From Hemiscyllium ocellatum (Eukaryota), in the NCBI RefSeq assembly GCF_020745735.1, contig NC_083402.1, forward strand, positions 7,378,001 to 7,442,000: 64,000 bases of DNA, written 5' to 3'. Under the pieces are notes generated by a model that saw only the letters and a list, made by a program, of their open reading frames with translations, searched no databases and was not told where the DNA came from. Shown here one piece after another: positions 37,261-50,465 of this stretch; the first letter of the stretch is position 1, and every line of letters starts with the position of its first letter. Both the position numbers and the translations under genes were made by a program.

Positions 37261-37261
37261 G

Positions 37262-40200
37262 AACTCCTCTCAAAGGAAAGGAGTGACTATAAGTACTTAC
37301 CCTTCGACGCCAGCGACCTTTTAGAGTGGGAGCAGCAGCGGAGGTAAGGTGAACCAGGAAGGCTACAGCTAAGGTAAAGGAGATGTTTAACATTACTTAC
37401 CGGGAGTGACCGGTGGTGTTTTTCCTCCACGGTAGGAGTGGGAGCAGTGGGCGAAGTGACACGGACCAGAGGGGCTGCTGGGAAGGAAAGTAAGTGACCA
37501 TATATATTAGCAAGGCGGCTTGCTCCTCCTGCAGAACGTGGCAGGTGAGAGACATGACACACGTCTCCGCTGGCTACATCTGCGGGAAGTGCACCCAACT
37601 CCATCTCCGTGAAAACTGTGTTAGGGAATTGGAGCTGGAGCTGGATGAACTGCGGATCATTCGGGAGGCTGAGGGGGTAATTGAGAGGAGTTACCGGCAG
37701 TTGGTCACTCCTGAGGCTCAGGATAAGGATAGATGGGTTACATTCAGGGGGAGGAAAGGGGACAGACAGACAGTGCAGAGATCCTCTGGGGACATTCCCC
37801 TCAGCAATAAGTATATCGTTTCAGATACTGCTGGGGGACGGATGACCGACCAGAGGAAAGCCATAGTGGTCAGTTCTCTGGCACTGAGCCTGACACTGTG
37901 GCCCAGAAGGGAAGGGGGCAGAATAGAAAAGCACTCGTGGTGGGGAAGTCGATAGGGGAATTGACAGGAGATTTTGTGGTGAGGATCGGGATTCCCGGAA
38001 GGTATGGTGCCTCCCTGGTGCCAGGGTCCGGGATGTCTCCGATCGGGTGTATACGATTCTGAAAGGGCAGGGCGAACAACCAGAAATCATGTTACATGTT
38101 GGCACCAATGACTTAGCCAGGAAAAGGATTGAGGATATAAAAAGTGATTTCAGGGAGTTAGGGTGGAAGCTGCAGAGCAGGACGAACAGAGTCGTGTTCT
38201 CAGGTTTACTACTGGTGCCACGAATTAGTGAGGTGAGGAACAGGGAGCGGGCGCAGTTTAACACCTGGCTGTGCAGCTGGTGTAGGAGAGAGGGCTTCAG
38301 ATATGTAGATAATTGGGATGTCTTCTGGGGAAGGTAGGACCTGTACATGAAGGACGGGTTGCACCTGAACTGGAAGGGGACCAATGTCCTGGGTGGGAGG
38401 TTTGCTCGAGTGGTTCAGGAGGGTTTAAACTAGTATGGCAGGGGGGTGGGAACCTGAGCTATATACCGGTGCTGAGAGTTGATGGAGATGAGGCAATAGC
38501 AAGAGGTAGCGCAGCCAGTGGGAAGGAATTTCCTGGGAAAGAACCAAAGGATTGCTTTAATGCAAGGAGTATCAGGAATAAAAGTGATGAGCTTAGAGCA
38601 TGGATCAGTACCTGGTGCTATGATGTTGTGGCCATAACAGAGATGTGAGTTTCTCAGGGGCAGGAATGGTTGCTGGAAGTTCCAGGGTTTAGAACATTTA
38701 AAAAGAATATGGAAGGAGGAAAAAGATGAGGGGGTGTAGCACTGCTAATCAGAGAGGGTATCACAGCTACAGAAGCTACCATTATCAAGGAGGGTCTGCC
38801 TACTGAGTCAGTATGGGTGGAAATTAGGAACAGTGAGGGAGCAGTCACCTCATTAGGGGTTTACTACAGGCCCCCCAATAGCAGCAGGGAGATTGAAGAA
38901 AGCATCGGTCGGCAGACTTTGGAAAAGTGTGAATGTAGTAGGGTTGTTGTAATGGGTGACTTTAACTTTCCAAATATTGATTGGAACCTCCTTCGAGCAG
39001 AAGATTTGAATGGAGCTGTTTTTGTAAGGTGTGTTCAGGAGGGTTTCCTAACTCAGTACGTTGACAGGCCCACGAGAGGAGAGGCCATTTTGGATTTGGT
39101 GCTCGGCAATGAGCCGGGGCAGGTGTCAGATCTTGTGGTGGGAGACCATTTTGGTGATAGTGACTACAACTGCCTCACATTCTACATAGCTATGGAGAAG
39201 GAGAGAAGCATACACAATGGGAGGATATTTAATTGGGGAAAAGGAAACTACGATGCGATCAGATGTGAGTTGGGAAGCATGGACCGGAGCAATTGTTCCA
39301 TGGAAAGAGCACTATAGACATGTGGAGAATGTTTAAGGAACAGTTGTTACGAGTGATGCAAAAATGTGTTCCTCTGAGACAGGCAAGAAGGGGTAAGATA
39401 AAGGAACCTTGGATGACGAGAGCAGAGGCGCTTCTCATCAAAAGAAAGAAGGCAGCTTATGTCAGGTGGAAGAAGCTAGGGCCTTGCTCAGCTCTAGAGG
39501 ATTACAGGCAGGCAAGGAAGGAGCTCAAAAATGGTCTGAGGAGAGCTATGAGGAGGCACGAAAAAGGCTTGGCAGGAAGGATTAGGGAGAATCCAAAGGC
39601 ATTTTACTCGTATGTGAGGAATAAGAGAATGATCAACGAAAGAGTAGGGCTGATCAGGGATAGCATAGGGAACTTGTGTATAGAGTCTGAGGATGTGGGG
39701 AAGCCCTAAATGAGTTTTATGCTTCTGTCTTTACTAAAGAAAAGGACCAAATAGTGAATGAAACCATTGAGGAGCAGGTACGCATGCTGGAATGGATAGA
39801 GATTGAGGAAGCTGATGTGCTGAAAATTTTGACAAACATTAAGATTGACAAGTCGCCAGGGCCAGACCAGATTTTTCCTTGGCTGCTTTGGGAAGCGAGA
39901 AATGTGATTGCTTCACCACTTGCGAAGATCTTTGCATCCTTGCTCTCCACCAGAGTCATACCTGAGGATTGGAGAGAGGCAAATGTAATTCCTTTCTTCA
40001 AGAAAGGAAATAGGGAAATCCCCGGCAATTACAGACCAGTCAGTCTCATGTCTGTCGTCTGCAAGGTGTGAGAAAGGATTCTGAGGGATAGGATTTATGA
40101 CCAACTGGAAGATCATGGCTTGATTAAATGCAGTCAGCGCAGATTTGTGAGGGACAAGTCATGCCTCACAAATCTTATTGAGTTCTTTGAAGATGTTACT

Positions 40201-41385
40201 AGACAAGTTGATGAGGTTCGATTGGTAAATGTGGTGTATATGGACTTCAGTAAGGCATTTGATAAGGTTCCCCATGGTAGGCTCATTCAGAAGGTCAGGA
40301 GGAATGGGATACAGGGAAACTTAGCTGTCTGGATACAGAATTGGCTGGTCAACAGAAGACAGTGAGTGGTAGTGGAAGGAAAGTATTCTGCCTGGAGGTG
40401 AGCGGTGTTCCAGAGGGCTCTGTTCTTGGGCCTCTACTCTTTGTAATTTTTAACAATGACTTGGGTAAGGAGATTGAAGGATGGGTTAACAAGTTTGCAG
40501 ACTACACAAAGGTTGGAGGTGTTGTTGACAGTATAGAGAACTGTTGTAGGCGCAGTGGGACATTGACAGGATGCAGAGATGGGCTGAGAGGTGGCAGATG
40601 GAGTTCAACCTTGATAAATGTGAAGTGATGCATTTTGGAAGGTTGAACTTGAAAGTTGAGTACAGGATTAAAGACAGGATGCTTAGCTGTGTGGAGAAAC
40701 AGCGGGTACCTGGTGTGCAGGTACATAGATCCCTTAAAATTGCCACTCAAGTGAACAGGGTTGTTAAGAAAGCATATGGTGTTTTGGCTTTCATTAACAG
40801 GGGGATTGAGATTAAGAGCCGTGAGATCTTGTTGCAGCTCTATAAAACTTTGGTTAGACTGCACTTGGAATACTGCGTCCAGTTCTGATTGCCCTCTTAT
40901 AGGAAAGATGTGGATGCTTTGGAGAGGGTTCAGAGGAGGTTTACCAGGGTGTTGCCTGGAATGGAGGGCTTATCTTACAAAGAGAGGTTGACTGAGCTTG
41001 GACTTTTTTCATTGGAAAAAAGGAGGAAGAGAGGGGACCTAATTGAGGTCTACAAGATAATGAGAGGCATAGATAGAGTTGATAGCCAGAGACTTTTTCC
41101 CAGAGCAGAAACTGTTAACGCGAGGGGTCATAGTTTTAAGCTGTTTGGCGGAAAGTATAGAGGGGATGTCAGAGGCGTGTTCTTTATGCAGAGAGTTGTG
41201 AGAGCATGGAATGCATTGCCAGCAGTGGGTGTGGAAGCGAGGTCATTGGGGATATTTAAGAGAGTACTGGACATGCATATGGTCACAGACATTTGGGGGT
41301 TCGTACATTAGGTTTACCTTATGTGAGGATCAATGGTTGGCACAACATCGTGGGCTGAAGGGCCTGTTCTGTGCTGTACTGTTTT
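37262..41385 (+). mobile_element. Full-length decayed CR1: 5' UTR, ORF1 (Zn finger, coiled coil, esterase; about 37494-38432), ORF2 (about 38540-41290), 3' UTR
   Basis: CSSC...CGKC, ELELELDELR, LHVGTND, DGLHLN; MGDFNFPNIDW, NYRPVSL, MDFSKAFDKVPH, KFADYTK. Confidence 0.95.
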
Positions 41386-41389
41386 TAAA

Positions 41390-41910
41390 AAATCATATTC
41401 TTGAGATAACTTACAGTTTTAGAGTAAAGGTGACATCTTAGTTCAGTTAATGCATTAAAGGTGTGAGGTTAGAGTCTGTCTGTATTCCAATTTTGAGTCA
41501 GACTGTTTCTATTTCCAAAGTAGGAATTTACAAAATGTTACATGGATCAGCTGCCTGCATTGACTGCCTGCAGGTTGTGGATTTTTTGACAAAATAGAAT
41601 GTCCCTGTACTTTTGCAAATTCACATTCACCCAACATAAATGCGTGTGAGCATGTGAGGGACAGAGAGAGTGTGTTTGTATGTGAGTGAGAGAGCGAGAG
41701 AATGTGAGTGTTTGCACTTGAGTGTGTATGTGTGGATGTGAATGTGAGTGCTTGAGAGTGTGTGTTTGCGTGTGTGCGTACTTGGTAGTGTGTGTGAGTG
41801 TGACGGTGTATAAGCCTGTGAGAGGATTTGTGCTTGGGTGTGAGTGTGGGGAGTGTATCTGTGTGTGTCTGAGAGAGAGCGGGTGTATGAGAAAGGGCCC
41901 TTTGGTCATC
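41390..41910 (-). mobile_element. Neptune-like PLE 3' region with a GT-rich tract
   Basis: Resembles 57950-58400 in sequence (gcaaattcacattcacccaa) and in the GT-rich tract. Confidence 0.5.
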
Positions 41911-42339
41911 TCCCTGCACTAACTGCTTTTTACTTGAATAAACGTTGGCCACGTGCCTGGATCCTGTCTGCCTCCTGAGTCTTTGTACCCATTCGGGGGG
42001 ACAATGGAAAGGTGCTTTCCTTCTGGTTAATTTCAATTTTAAAAAGTAGGAGTTTTACTCTGGATCCAACCCTGAGCTGTGGCTGTCCTGGGAGTGTTTG
42101 ATGGAGACAGTGCTGAAAGAGCTTTACTCTGTCTCTAACACTGTCCTGCCCCAGCTCACAGAGTGTTTGATGCTGAAGCTGATGATTTTGAGAATTGTGT
42201 TGGAAGCTTTTTCTCAACAGTTGCTGTGGTTGGTGCCTCTGTTTTATAATAGCTTTGTCATTCTCTCAGCTCCTACTGACCGTACACAGACTTCCCATTT
42301 GTTGTTCGTATCGTGTATGATTGCCTCACATTTATTTGG

Positions 42340-42360
42340 CAGGAAGTCAAGTAACTTCTG
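42340..42360 (+). promoter_or_regulatory. Conserved proximal promoter motif with an ETS core (CAGGAAGT)
   Basis: GGAAGTCAAGTAACTTCTG (42342-42360) is identical in the paralog (9865-9883, minus) while the flanks have diverged; about 60-80 nt upstream of the ATG. Confidence 0.55.
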
Positions 42361-42422
42361 TATTTTTCTGTAAAAGGACAAGAGTAAGTGAGTGAGAAGG
42401 ATGAAATGGTGAAGTATTAACG

Positions 42423-42483
42423 ATGAGGTCTCTCTATGTTTGTCTTTCTGCAGTCCTGCTGTCAGTCTCAGTACGGGGTCACA
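42423..42483 (+). CDS. Signal-peptide exon MRSLYVCLSAVLLSVSVRGH(T) of a Siglec-15-like receptor
   Basis: ATG, hydrophobic core, CA/GTAAGT donor in phase 1 matching the V1 exon; a conserved paralog exists in the window. Confidence 0.8.
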
Positions 42484-43379
42484 GTAAGTACTTTCTAATA
42501 CTGACCTTTCAAATCCACTTTGTTCATCATGGAATTGCCTCCTCCTTGATGGTCTGTTTGCTGTCTGGTATTTAGTTCCCAAACTGTTACTGCTCAGCAC
42601 GATGTGCCTTTTCCTTCACTGCGGTTTCTTCATCAGGGAGAAATCATTTGTTTTATCAAAAATGAAAACAGTGACAATTGACTGTTCCTAGCGTGATGAT
42701 TTATTCCTTCATGTTTTCCTTGTAGATTCATCAACCTTAGACATTTACAGTGTAGAAGGAGGCCATTTTGGGTGATCATGTCTGTATCAGTCAACGATGA
42801 TCTCACTCTACTTCTCCCATTTTGCAGCTCTCCATCTAAAAGCCTTCTTAACCAACTTATTGAGGGCTTTAATGTAATTAGTGGGGTGGAGACCGCGGTG
42901 GGAGGTGGGATTCAGTTGGAGGGAATTTTGAAAATCAGAAAGGGATGCTGTTCAGAGGGTCAATGTGGATTTGTTGGGTCAAATCTCCTGTTTTCACACT
43001 GCAGGGATTCGGAAAAATAGAAATGACAGAGCAGAGGTGCAGGCTACTGAAGAGGCAAATGGAAATGCCAATGAACATCGAAGTACAAATGTTACCAGTG
43101 TTTATAACTCAACTTCCCTTTCAGGCAGTGAGTTCCAGACTCTTATTAACCTCTACATGAGGAAGAATCTGTTAAGTCTCCTCTCACTCTCTATCTCCGA
43201 CCTTAAATCTATCTTTCCTGTTAACTGACCCCAGTATGAATGAAGAAAGGACCTTCTTCCCTATCCTATCTGAGCACTCATAATTATCCATATTTTATTA
43301 GTTTTCCTGTCAACCAATCAAAAAAAATGAGAAAGCAAATAATGCAGGGTAGTGAAGAGGTTAATGATAATCAAAGTGT

Positions 43380-45710
43380 GATGGGAAAGAGTAGGAGATG
43401 TACAGAGAAAGATACAAGAGGCGAGGCCACATTGGATTCGGTACTGGGCAATAAACTGGGCCAGCTGTTAGATTTGGTGATAGTGACCACAATTCAGTTA
43501 AGTTTATTTGAGTGATGGAAAGGTGCAGGTATATACTGCAGGGCAAGAGTTATAGCTGGGGGAAAGGCAATGAGGCAAGATTTATGAAGCATAAGATGGG
43601 GAAAGAAACTGCAGGGAATGGTCATAATTGAAATGTGGAGCCTGTTCAAGGAACAGCTCCTACGTGTCCTTGATAAGGATGTACCTGTCAGGCAGGGAGG
43701 ACGTGGTCATGCCTCACAAACCTTATTGAGTTCTTTGGGATGGCGACCAAACGTGTGGATGAGGATAAAGTCGTTGATGTGGTATATATAGATTTCAGTA
43801 AAGTGTTTAATAAAGATCCCCATGGTTGGCTATTGCAAAATACAGGGAGGCATGGGATTGAGGGTGATTTAGCAGTTTGGATCAGAAATTAGCTAGCTGA
43901 AAGAAGAGAGGGGAAGGTGGTTGATGGGAAATGTTCATCCTGGTGTTCAGTTAGGAGTGGTGTACTGCAAGGATCTGTTTTGGGGCCACTACTGTTTGTC
44001 ATTTTTATAAATGACTTGGATGAGGGTGTAGAAGGATGGGTAAGTGTATTTGCAGATGGCACTAAAGTCAGAGGAGTTGTGTACATTGCTGAAGGATGTT
44101 GTAGGTACAGAGGGACATAGATAAACCGCAGAGGTGGGCTGAAATGTGGCAAATGGAGTTTGATGAGGAAAAGTGTGAGGTGATTCACTTCGGAAGGAGT
44201 AATAGGAATACAGAGTACTGGGCTATTGGTTAGATTCTTGGTAATGTGGATGAGCAGAGAAATCTCGATGCCGATGTGCATTATCGCTGAAAGTTGCCAC
44301 CCAGATTGATATTTTTTAAGAAGGCTTACAGTGTGTTAGATTTAATTGGGAGAGGGATTGTGTTTCAGAACAAGAGGTCATGTTGCAGCTGAACAAAACT
44401 CTGGTGCTGCCACACTTGGAGTATTGCATACAGGTCTTGTCAGTACATTATAGGAAGGATGTGGAAGCTTTGGAAATCTCAGAGGAGATTTACTAAGATA
44501 TTGCCAGGTATGGAGGGAAGATCTTATGAGGAAAGGCTGAGGGACTTGAGGCTGTTTTCGTTAGTGAGAAGATGGTTAAGAGGTGACTAAGAGAGAATAC
44601 AAGATGATCAAAGGATTAGATAAGGTGGACAGTGAGAGTCTTTTCCCTCGGATGGTGATGGCTAGCACGTGGGGACATAGCTTTAAACTGAGGGCTGATC
44701 GATAGAGGACAGATGTCAGAGGTAGGTTCTTTACTCAGAGAGTAGGAAGGGCACGGAATGCCCCATCTGCAACAGTAATAGACTGACCAACTTGAAGGGG
44801 TATTAAATGGTTATTGGTAAATATATGGATGATAATGGAATAGTGTAGGTTAGATGGGCTTCAGGTTGGTGCAACATTGAGGGCCGAAGGGCCTGTACTG
44901 CACTGTATTGTTCTGTGTTCTACGTTTTAAAGATGTAGTAGAAACTACCAGCAGCTTAACAAATAAAGTTAAAAAATTTCAACTTTGGGCTCTTTATCCC
45001 TGTCCGGAAAAACATTCAAAAAATGAAAGGAGTTGGGGTCACATTGTTCATAAAGGAGGGTATCAGTGTGGTGATGAGGAGTGATACAAGTACAAGAATT
45101 CATGATGTGGAATCGGTTTAGGTGGAAATTCGGAATATCAGGGGAAAGGAATTACTGGTATGAGTTGTTTATTGGCCGCGGAAAAGTTGTTTCACTGCAG
45201 GATAAATTATAAACCAGGAAATAGGAGAGGGGTGCAACAAAGGTACGACAATGGTCATGGGTGATTTTCATCTGAATATTGACTTGACAAATCAGATCAG
45301 CGAGGATAACAAGGAGAATGAATGTGTAAAATGCAGAAAGGATGGTTTTTTAGAAAAGCCAGTTGCAAAATCTGCCTGGTAATAGGCTATTTTAGATCTA
45401 CTAATGTGTAATAAGGGAAGATTATGAAGCGTTTCTGTAATTGAGGATGCTCTCGGGCGATCACAACATTGTAGAATTTCAAATCAGCTTGGGTCTAAGA
45501 ATTGTGTCCTCAACTTCAGTGAAGTCAACCACAGAGGTTTGAAGAAAAGGAAAACCCACAACTTGTAAAAATTATTTGGATGAAAACTTGTGGTGTCATA
45601 ACATTCAAGGCTATTGGCCGAGTGCAGGAAAGTGGGACTTGTGTTGGTGGAATATATTTTGGTAGTCCAGTCTTAATGGGCTGAAGGGCCACTTCTGCAC
45701 CGTCTGATTC
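43380..45710 (+). mobile_element. CR1 fragments in intron 1 (about 43380-44930 and 45000-45710)
   Basis: [20 protein letters not shown], 3' UTR gggccgaagggcctgtactg. Confidence 0.85.
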
Positions 45711-45929
45711 TGTGATTCTAAACCAACTGCAGATGCCAATAAAGATCGTAAAGGTGGAGACAATTGGGATGACAGTAACTGGACAAGCAATAGGGAAACT
45801 AACAGCAATCGTTGCTCTGGGCATATACAGAGAAAGAAAATAATTGTGGAACTGCGTGAGGGAGAAAGTTGGGAATTTAAAACATGGAACAGGGAAATGG
45901 CAGATAATTTAGAGTTACATGGTGATCTG

Positions 45930-48520
45930 CTCATAGAATTTAACAGCACAGAGGGCCATTCTGCCCATTGGGTCTGTGCTGGTCACCTATCTATTCTAAT
46001 CCGATTATCTAGCACTTGCCCTCATATACCTCATGACCAGCCTGTTGATATTTTCTTTCTGCCCAAGGCTATCCTCCTCATTATTTATCACCCCACCAAG
46101 TTGTTTAGACTCTGTGAACATGTTGATCAATCTGCCTACATATAAGTTTATATCATTGATATAAACCACAGACAGCAAGGGTCCCAACACCTACCCCGGT
46201 GGGCCTCCAGTGGACACAAACACCCAGTCGGAAAAAGGTCCCTCATCCTTCATCTTCTACTGCCTGCCAGTGAGAAAATTGTGGATCCAATTTCCCAAAT
46301 GTCCTTGGATCCCATGGGCTCTGACCTTTGCTGTCAGTCTCCCATGTGGAGATTGATAAAAGCCTTGCTGAAGTCCAAGTAGACAACATCAAAATCACTG
46401 CCTCATCTGCACACCTGGTCTTGGCTTCAAACAAATTCAATTATGTTGGTCAGATATAAGACCATAGGATATTGGAGTAGAGCTAAGCCATTTGACCAAT
46501 CAAGTCTGCTCTGTTTGCGATCATGGCTGATATGTTCCTCAAACACATTCTCTGCCTTCTCCCCATAACACACTTGAACCCCTGACTAATCAAGAACCCT
46601 GTCAGAAATACACTCAATGACTTGGCCTCCACAGCCCTCTGCAGCAATGAGTTCCACAGAATTCTCACCACAGGCTGAAGAAATTCTTCCTCATCTCAAA
46701 TCTAATCCTGCACTCTGCGGCTGTGCCCCTGGGTCCTCATCTCTCCCCCGAGTAGAAACATCTTCACGTTCATGATATCCAGGCCTCTCAGTATTCTGTA
46801 AGTTTCAATCAGATCCCCCTCATCCTCCTAAACTCCCTTGAGTACAGACCCAGAATCTGTACTCATCATAACAAGTCTTCGTCCCCTGGATCATTCTTGT
46901 AACTTCCTCGATCTCTTCCAATGCCAACAGCTCCATCCTCAGATATGGGGCCCAAAACTGCTGTCAGTATTCCAAATGTAGTTTGGCCAGATATAGCCTT
47001 ATACAGCACAGGCAATACACCCCCTAGCCTTGTATTTACACCCTCTCGAATGTTTTCTGAACTGCCAACTGAACTTAGAACTTAGAACATAGAACATAAA
47101 AAAGTACAGGACAGAACAGGCCCTTCGGCCCACAATGTTGTGCCAAGGTTTAATCCTAATTTAAATTATAATAACTTCACCTACACATCCCTCAACTCAC
47201 GGCTATGCATGTTCATATCCAGCAGTCGCTTAAATGTCCCTAATGACTCTGCTTCCACCACCACCACCACTGGAAATGCATTCCATGCATTTGCAACTCT
47301 CTGTGTAAAGAATCTACCTCTGACATCTCCTCAATACCTTTCTGCTAATACCTTATAACTATGACCCTTTGTACCAGTCAATCCTGCCCTGGGGAGAAGT
47401 CTCTGGCTGTTCCTCTCATTATCTTGTACACCTCGATCAGGTCTCCTTTCATCCTCCTTCTCTCAGAGAGAAAAGTCTGAGCTTGTTCAACCTTTCTTCA
47501 TAAGGCAAGCTCTCCGGTACAGGCAGCATCCTGGTAAATCTTCTTTGCACTCTTTCCAAAGCCTCTGCATCTTTCCTATAGTAGGCTGACCAGAACTGGA
47601 CACAATATTCCAAGTGTGGTCTCACCAGGGACTTGTAGAGCTGTAGCAAAACCTTACAGCTCTTAAACTCAATCTCCCTGTTAATGAAAGCCGAGACACC
47701 ATATGCTTTCTTAACAACCCTATCCACTTAGTGGGCGGCACGGTGGCACAGTGGGTGGGCGGCACGGTGGCACAGTGTGGGCGGCACGGTGGCACAGTAG
47801 TGGGCGGCACGGTGGCACAGTGGTTAGCACTGCTGCCTCACAGCGCCTGAAGACCCGGGTTCAATTCCCGACTCAGGCGACTGACTGTGTGGAGTTTGCA
47901 CGTTCTCCCCGTGTCAGCGTGGGTTTCCTCCGGGTGCTCCGGTTTCCTCCCACAGTCCAAAGATGTGCGGGTCAGGTGAATTGGCCACGCTAAATTGCCC
48001 GTAGTGTTAGGTAAGGGGTAAATGTTGGGGTATGGGTGGGTTTCGCTTCGGCGGGTCGGTGTGGACTTGTTGGGCCGAAGGGCCTGTTTCCACACTGTAA
48101 ATCTAATCTAAATCTAATCTAATCTAATCTAATCTTATCACTTGGGTGGCAACTTTGAGGGATCTATGTACTTGCACATCCAGATCCCTCTGTTCCTCTA
48201 CACTGCCAAGAATACTGTCTTTAATCCTATTCTCATTATTTGAGTTCAACCTTCCAAAATGCATCACTTCGCATTTATCCAGGTTGAACTCCATCTGCTA
48301 TTTCTCAGCCCAGATCTGCAGCCTGTAATAATGTTCAATATTATCAACGGCACCTCTAAACTTTATGTCACCTGCAAATTTACTAATCCACCCCTCAACC
48401 TCCTCATCCAAGTCATTTATAAAAACTGCAAAGTACAGAGCCCTGGGGGACCCCACTCATCATTGTCTTCCAGGCAGAATACTTTCCGTTGACAGCCACT
48501 CTCTGCCTTCTGTTAGCCAA
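45930..48520 (-). mobile_element. Several CR1 3' fragments
   Basis: RPHLEYCVQFW, RRFTRMLP; 3' UTRs. Confidence 0.85.
47731..48133 (+). mobile_element. Young HE1/V-SINE with a quadruplicated 5' head and (AATCT)n tail
   Basis: gtgggcggcacggtggcaca at 47731, 47755, 47777 and 47800; interrupts a CR1 with an imperfect tatc(c)actt flank duplication. Confidence 0.9.
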
Positions 48521-49420
48521 ACAGGGTTCAGAGACACTGTGCTCCTGTTAGAGTGAAAGGTAAGGCCAGTAAAATGAGGGAACAATGGATGAATAAATAT
48601 ATTGAGGCTCTGGTTAAGAATATGAACGAGTCATGTATTAGGTGTCGACAACTGGGATCAAGTGAATCTTTTGAAGAATATAAGGGCGATCGGGGCATTC
48701 TTATGAGGGATATCAGGAAGGCAAAAAGTGGACATCAGATAACCTCAGCAGATAAGGCTGAGGACAAGCCAAAGATATTCTACAACGTCATTAGAAGCCA
48801 GAGAGCATCCAGGGAGGGAAGAGGGCCTCTTCAAGATCAATGAGGTCATCTATGTGTAGAACCAGAGGAGAGGGGGAGATATTCTAAACAAATAGTTTGC
48901 ATCAGTTTTGACTGTGGAGAAAGAAATTGACGCAAGGGAGATTAAGGGCTACGGGGAGAACGCTGGTAAGTGGAGTTGAAATGCCCATCAGCCATGATTG
49001 AATGGCGGAGTGGACTCGATGGGCCGAATGGCCTTACTTCCACTCCTATGTCTTATGGTCTTATGGTCTTAACTCGGGCAAATAAATATTGATGTCTTGA
49101 AAGCAATTCACTTTACTGAAGAGGAAATGTTGGAGGTCTTGAAAAACATAAAAGTGGCTTTGTGCAGGGGAAATCATGTGTCACAAACTTGACTGAGTTT
49201 TTTGAAAATGTAACCAAAAGACCAGTGAGGGCAGAGGGGGAGATATTGTTTACATGAACTTGTGTAAAGCTGTTGTCAAAGTTCCACATGGTGGACTAAT
49301 TAGTGAAGTTAGGTGGCATGGGATTCAGGGAGAGAATACCAGTTGGATACAAAATTTGCTTGATGCTAAGAGACAGAGTGTTGTGATGGGGGTTTGTTTT
49401 TACATTGGACCATGTGACCT
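48520..49420 (+). mobile_element. Old CR1 fragment with a younger CR1 3' end nested at about 48935-49070
   Basis: CR1 ORF2 tether/RT remnants; (cttatggt)n tail. Confidence 0.8.
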
Positions 49421-49749
49421 CATTTTAAGAACATTCTAAGATATCATCCATCTTATGTCAGTGAGTAACTCCTTCATCAATGTTGCAACACCCTCTCCTC
49501 TTTGACATTCCCCCTACCCCTACATGCCTCATCTCACAGTTCGATAGCCCAGAACATTGTGCTGTCAATCCTGTCACACCCTCAACCATGTCTGTGTGAT
49601 AACAACAATATCTCATCCTCATTCATTAATCTACACCCTCAGCTCATCTGCCTGACTCACAAGTAAATGCCATCCAGCCATGCCTCACTCCCTTATGCCC
49701 TCACTTGACGATATTCACACTGCCTTCTGGATTTACTTGGATTGCCATC

Positions 49750-49940
49750 TCACCGTCAGTTAGCTCAGTTGGCTGGACAGTTGGTCTGTGATGTGGAGTG
49801 ATGCCAACAAGGGATGTTTAATTCCCATATTGTCTGAGGTGACCATGAAAATCCAATCTTCTCAACCTTGCCCCTTGTCTGAGGCAGAGTGACCCTGAGG
49901 TTAAATCATTACCAGTCATAACTTCCTTTAATGAGACAGG
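49750..49940 (+). mobile_element. tRNA-derived SINE of a third family (another copy at about 61585-61850)
   Basis: agttagctcagttggctgga head; gaggtgaccatgaa and caggttaaa(c/t)ca shared between copies. Confidence 0.6.
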
Positions 49941-50465
49941 AGTTCTCTCGCACAATGATGAGTTTACTTTTTTCCTTCAGTTTACTTTTTTCCATCTTCA
50001 TGTCTCTCTGTATCCACCCCTGCCCCCCACTCAATGCTTCCACTGCATCCCCCATCCCTCTGCTACGCCTGATGAATGAGCCAGGTTGCTGAAGGCTGGC
50101 TCGGTAATAGAGTAGAAAGCGATGGGAAATAGAAAAGGTTCCGCAGGGAGGGCCCTGAGTCCTGCTCTTCAGATCACTCTGGGTCTCCTGGAACAATGGA
50201 GAGTTCAGAAAACTCTCAGGCACCAAACCCTCTCTTCAACCAACAGCAACAAACACCCACAGTCTCACCTCAGGATGTTTACAAACCACCTGAAGACCTG
50301 TGTTGTATCCAGCCCGGAGTTCATTCCACACTGTCACTAGTCTGTTCAGGAATCACAATTGTATCATATTTTATCTTTTCTCACAAAATAACAGATTCAG
50401 TGTTTTACCTCACTGTTTGGTGTCTGTGCTGTGTTCATATCCTCTCTCTCTCTCTCCTCCCACAG

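Noticed and set aside
45525-45949. Hydrophobic minus-strand ORFs (99 and 112 aa)
   Set aside because: They are antisense to purine-rich decayed repeat sequence and show no domain motif.
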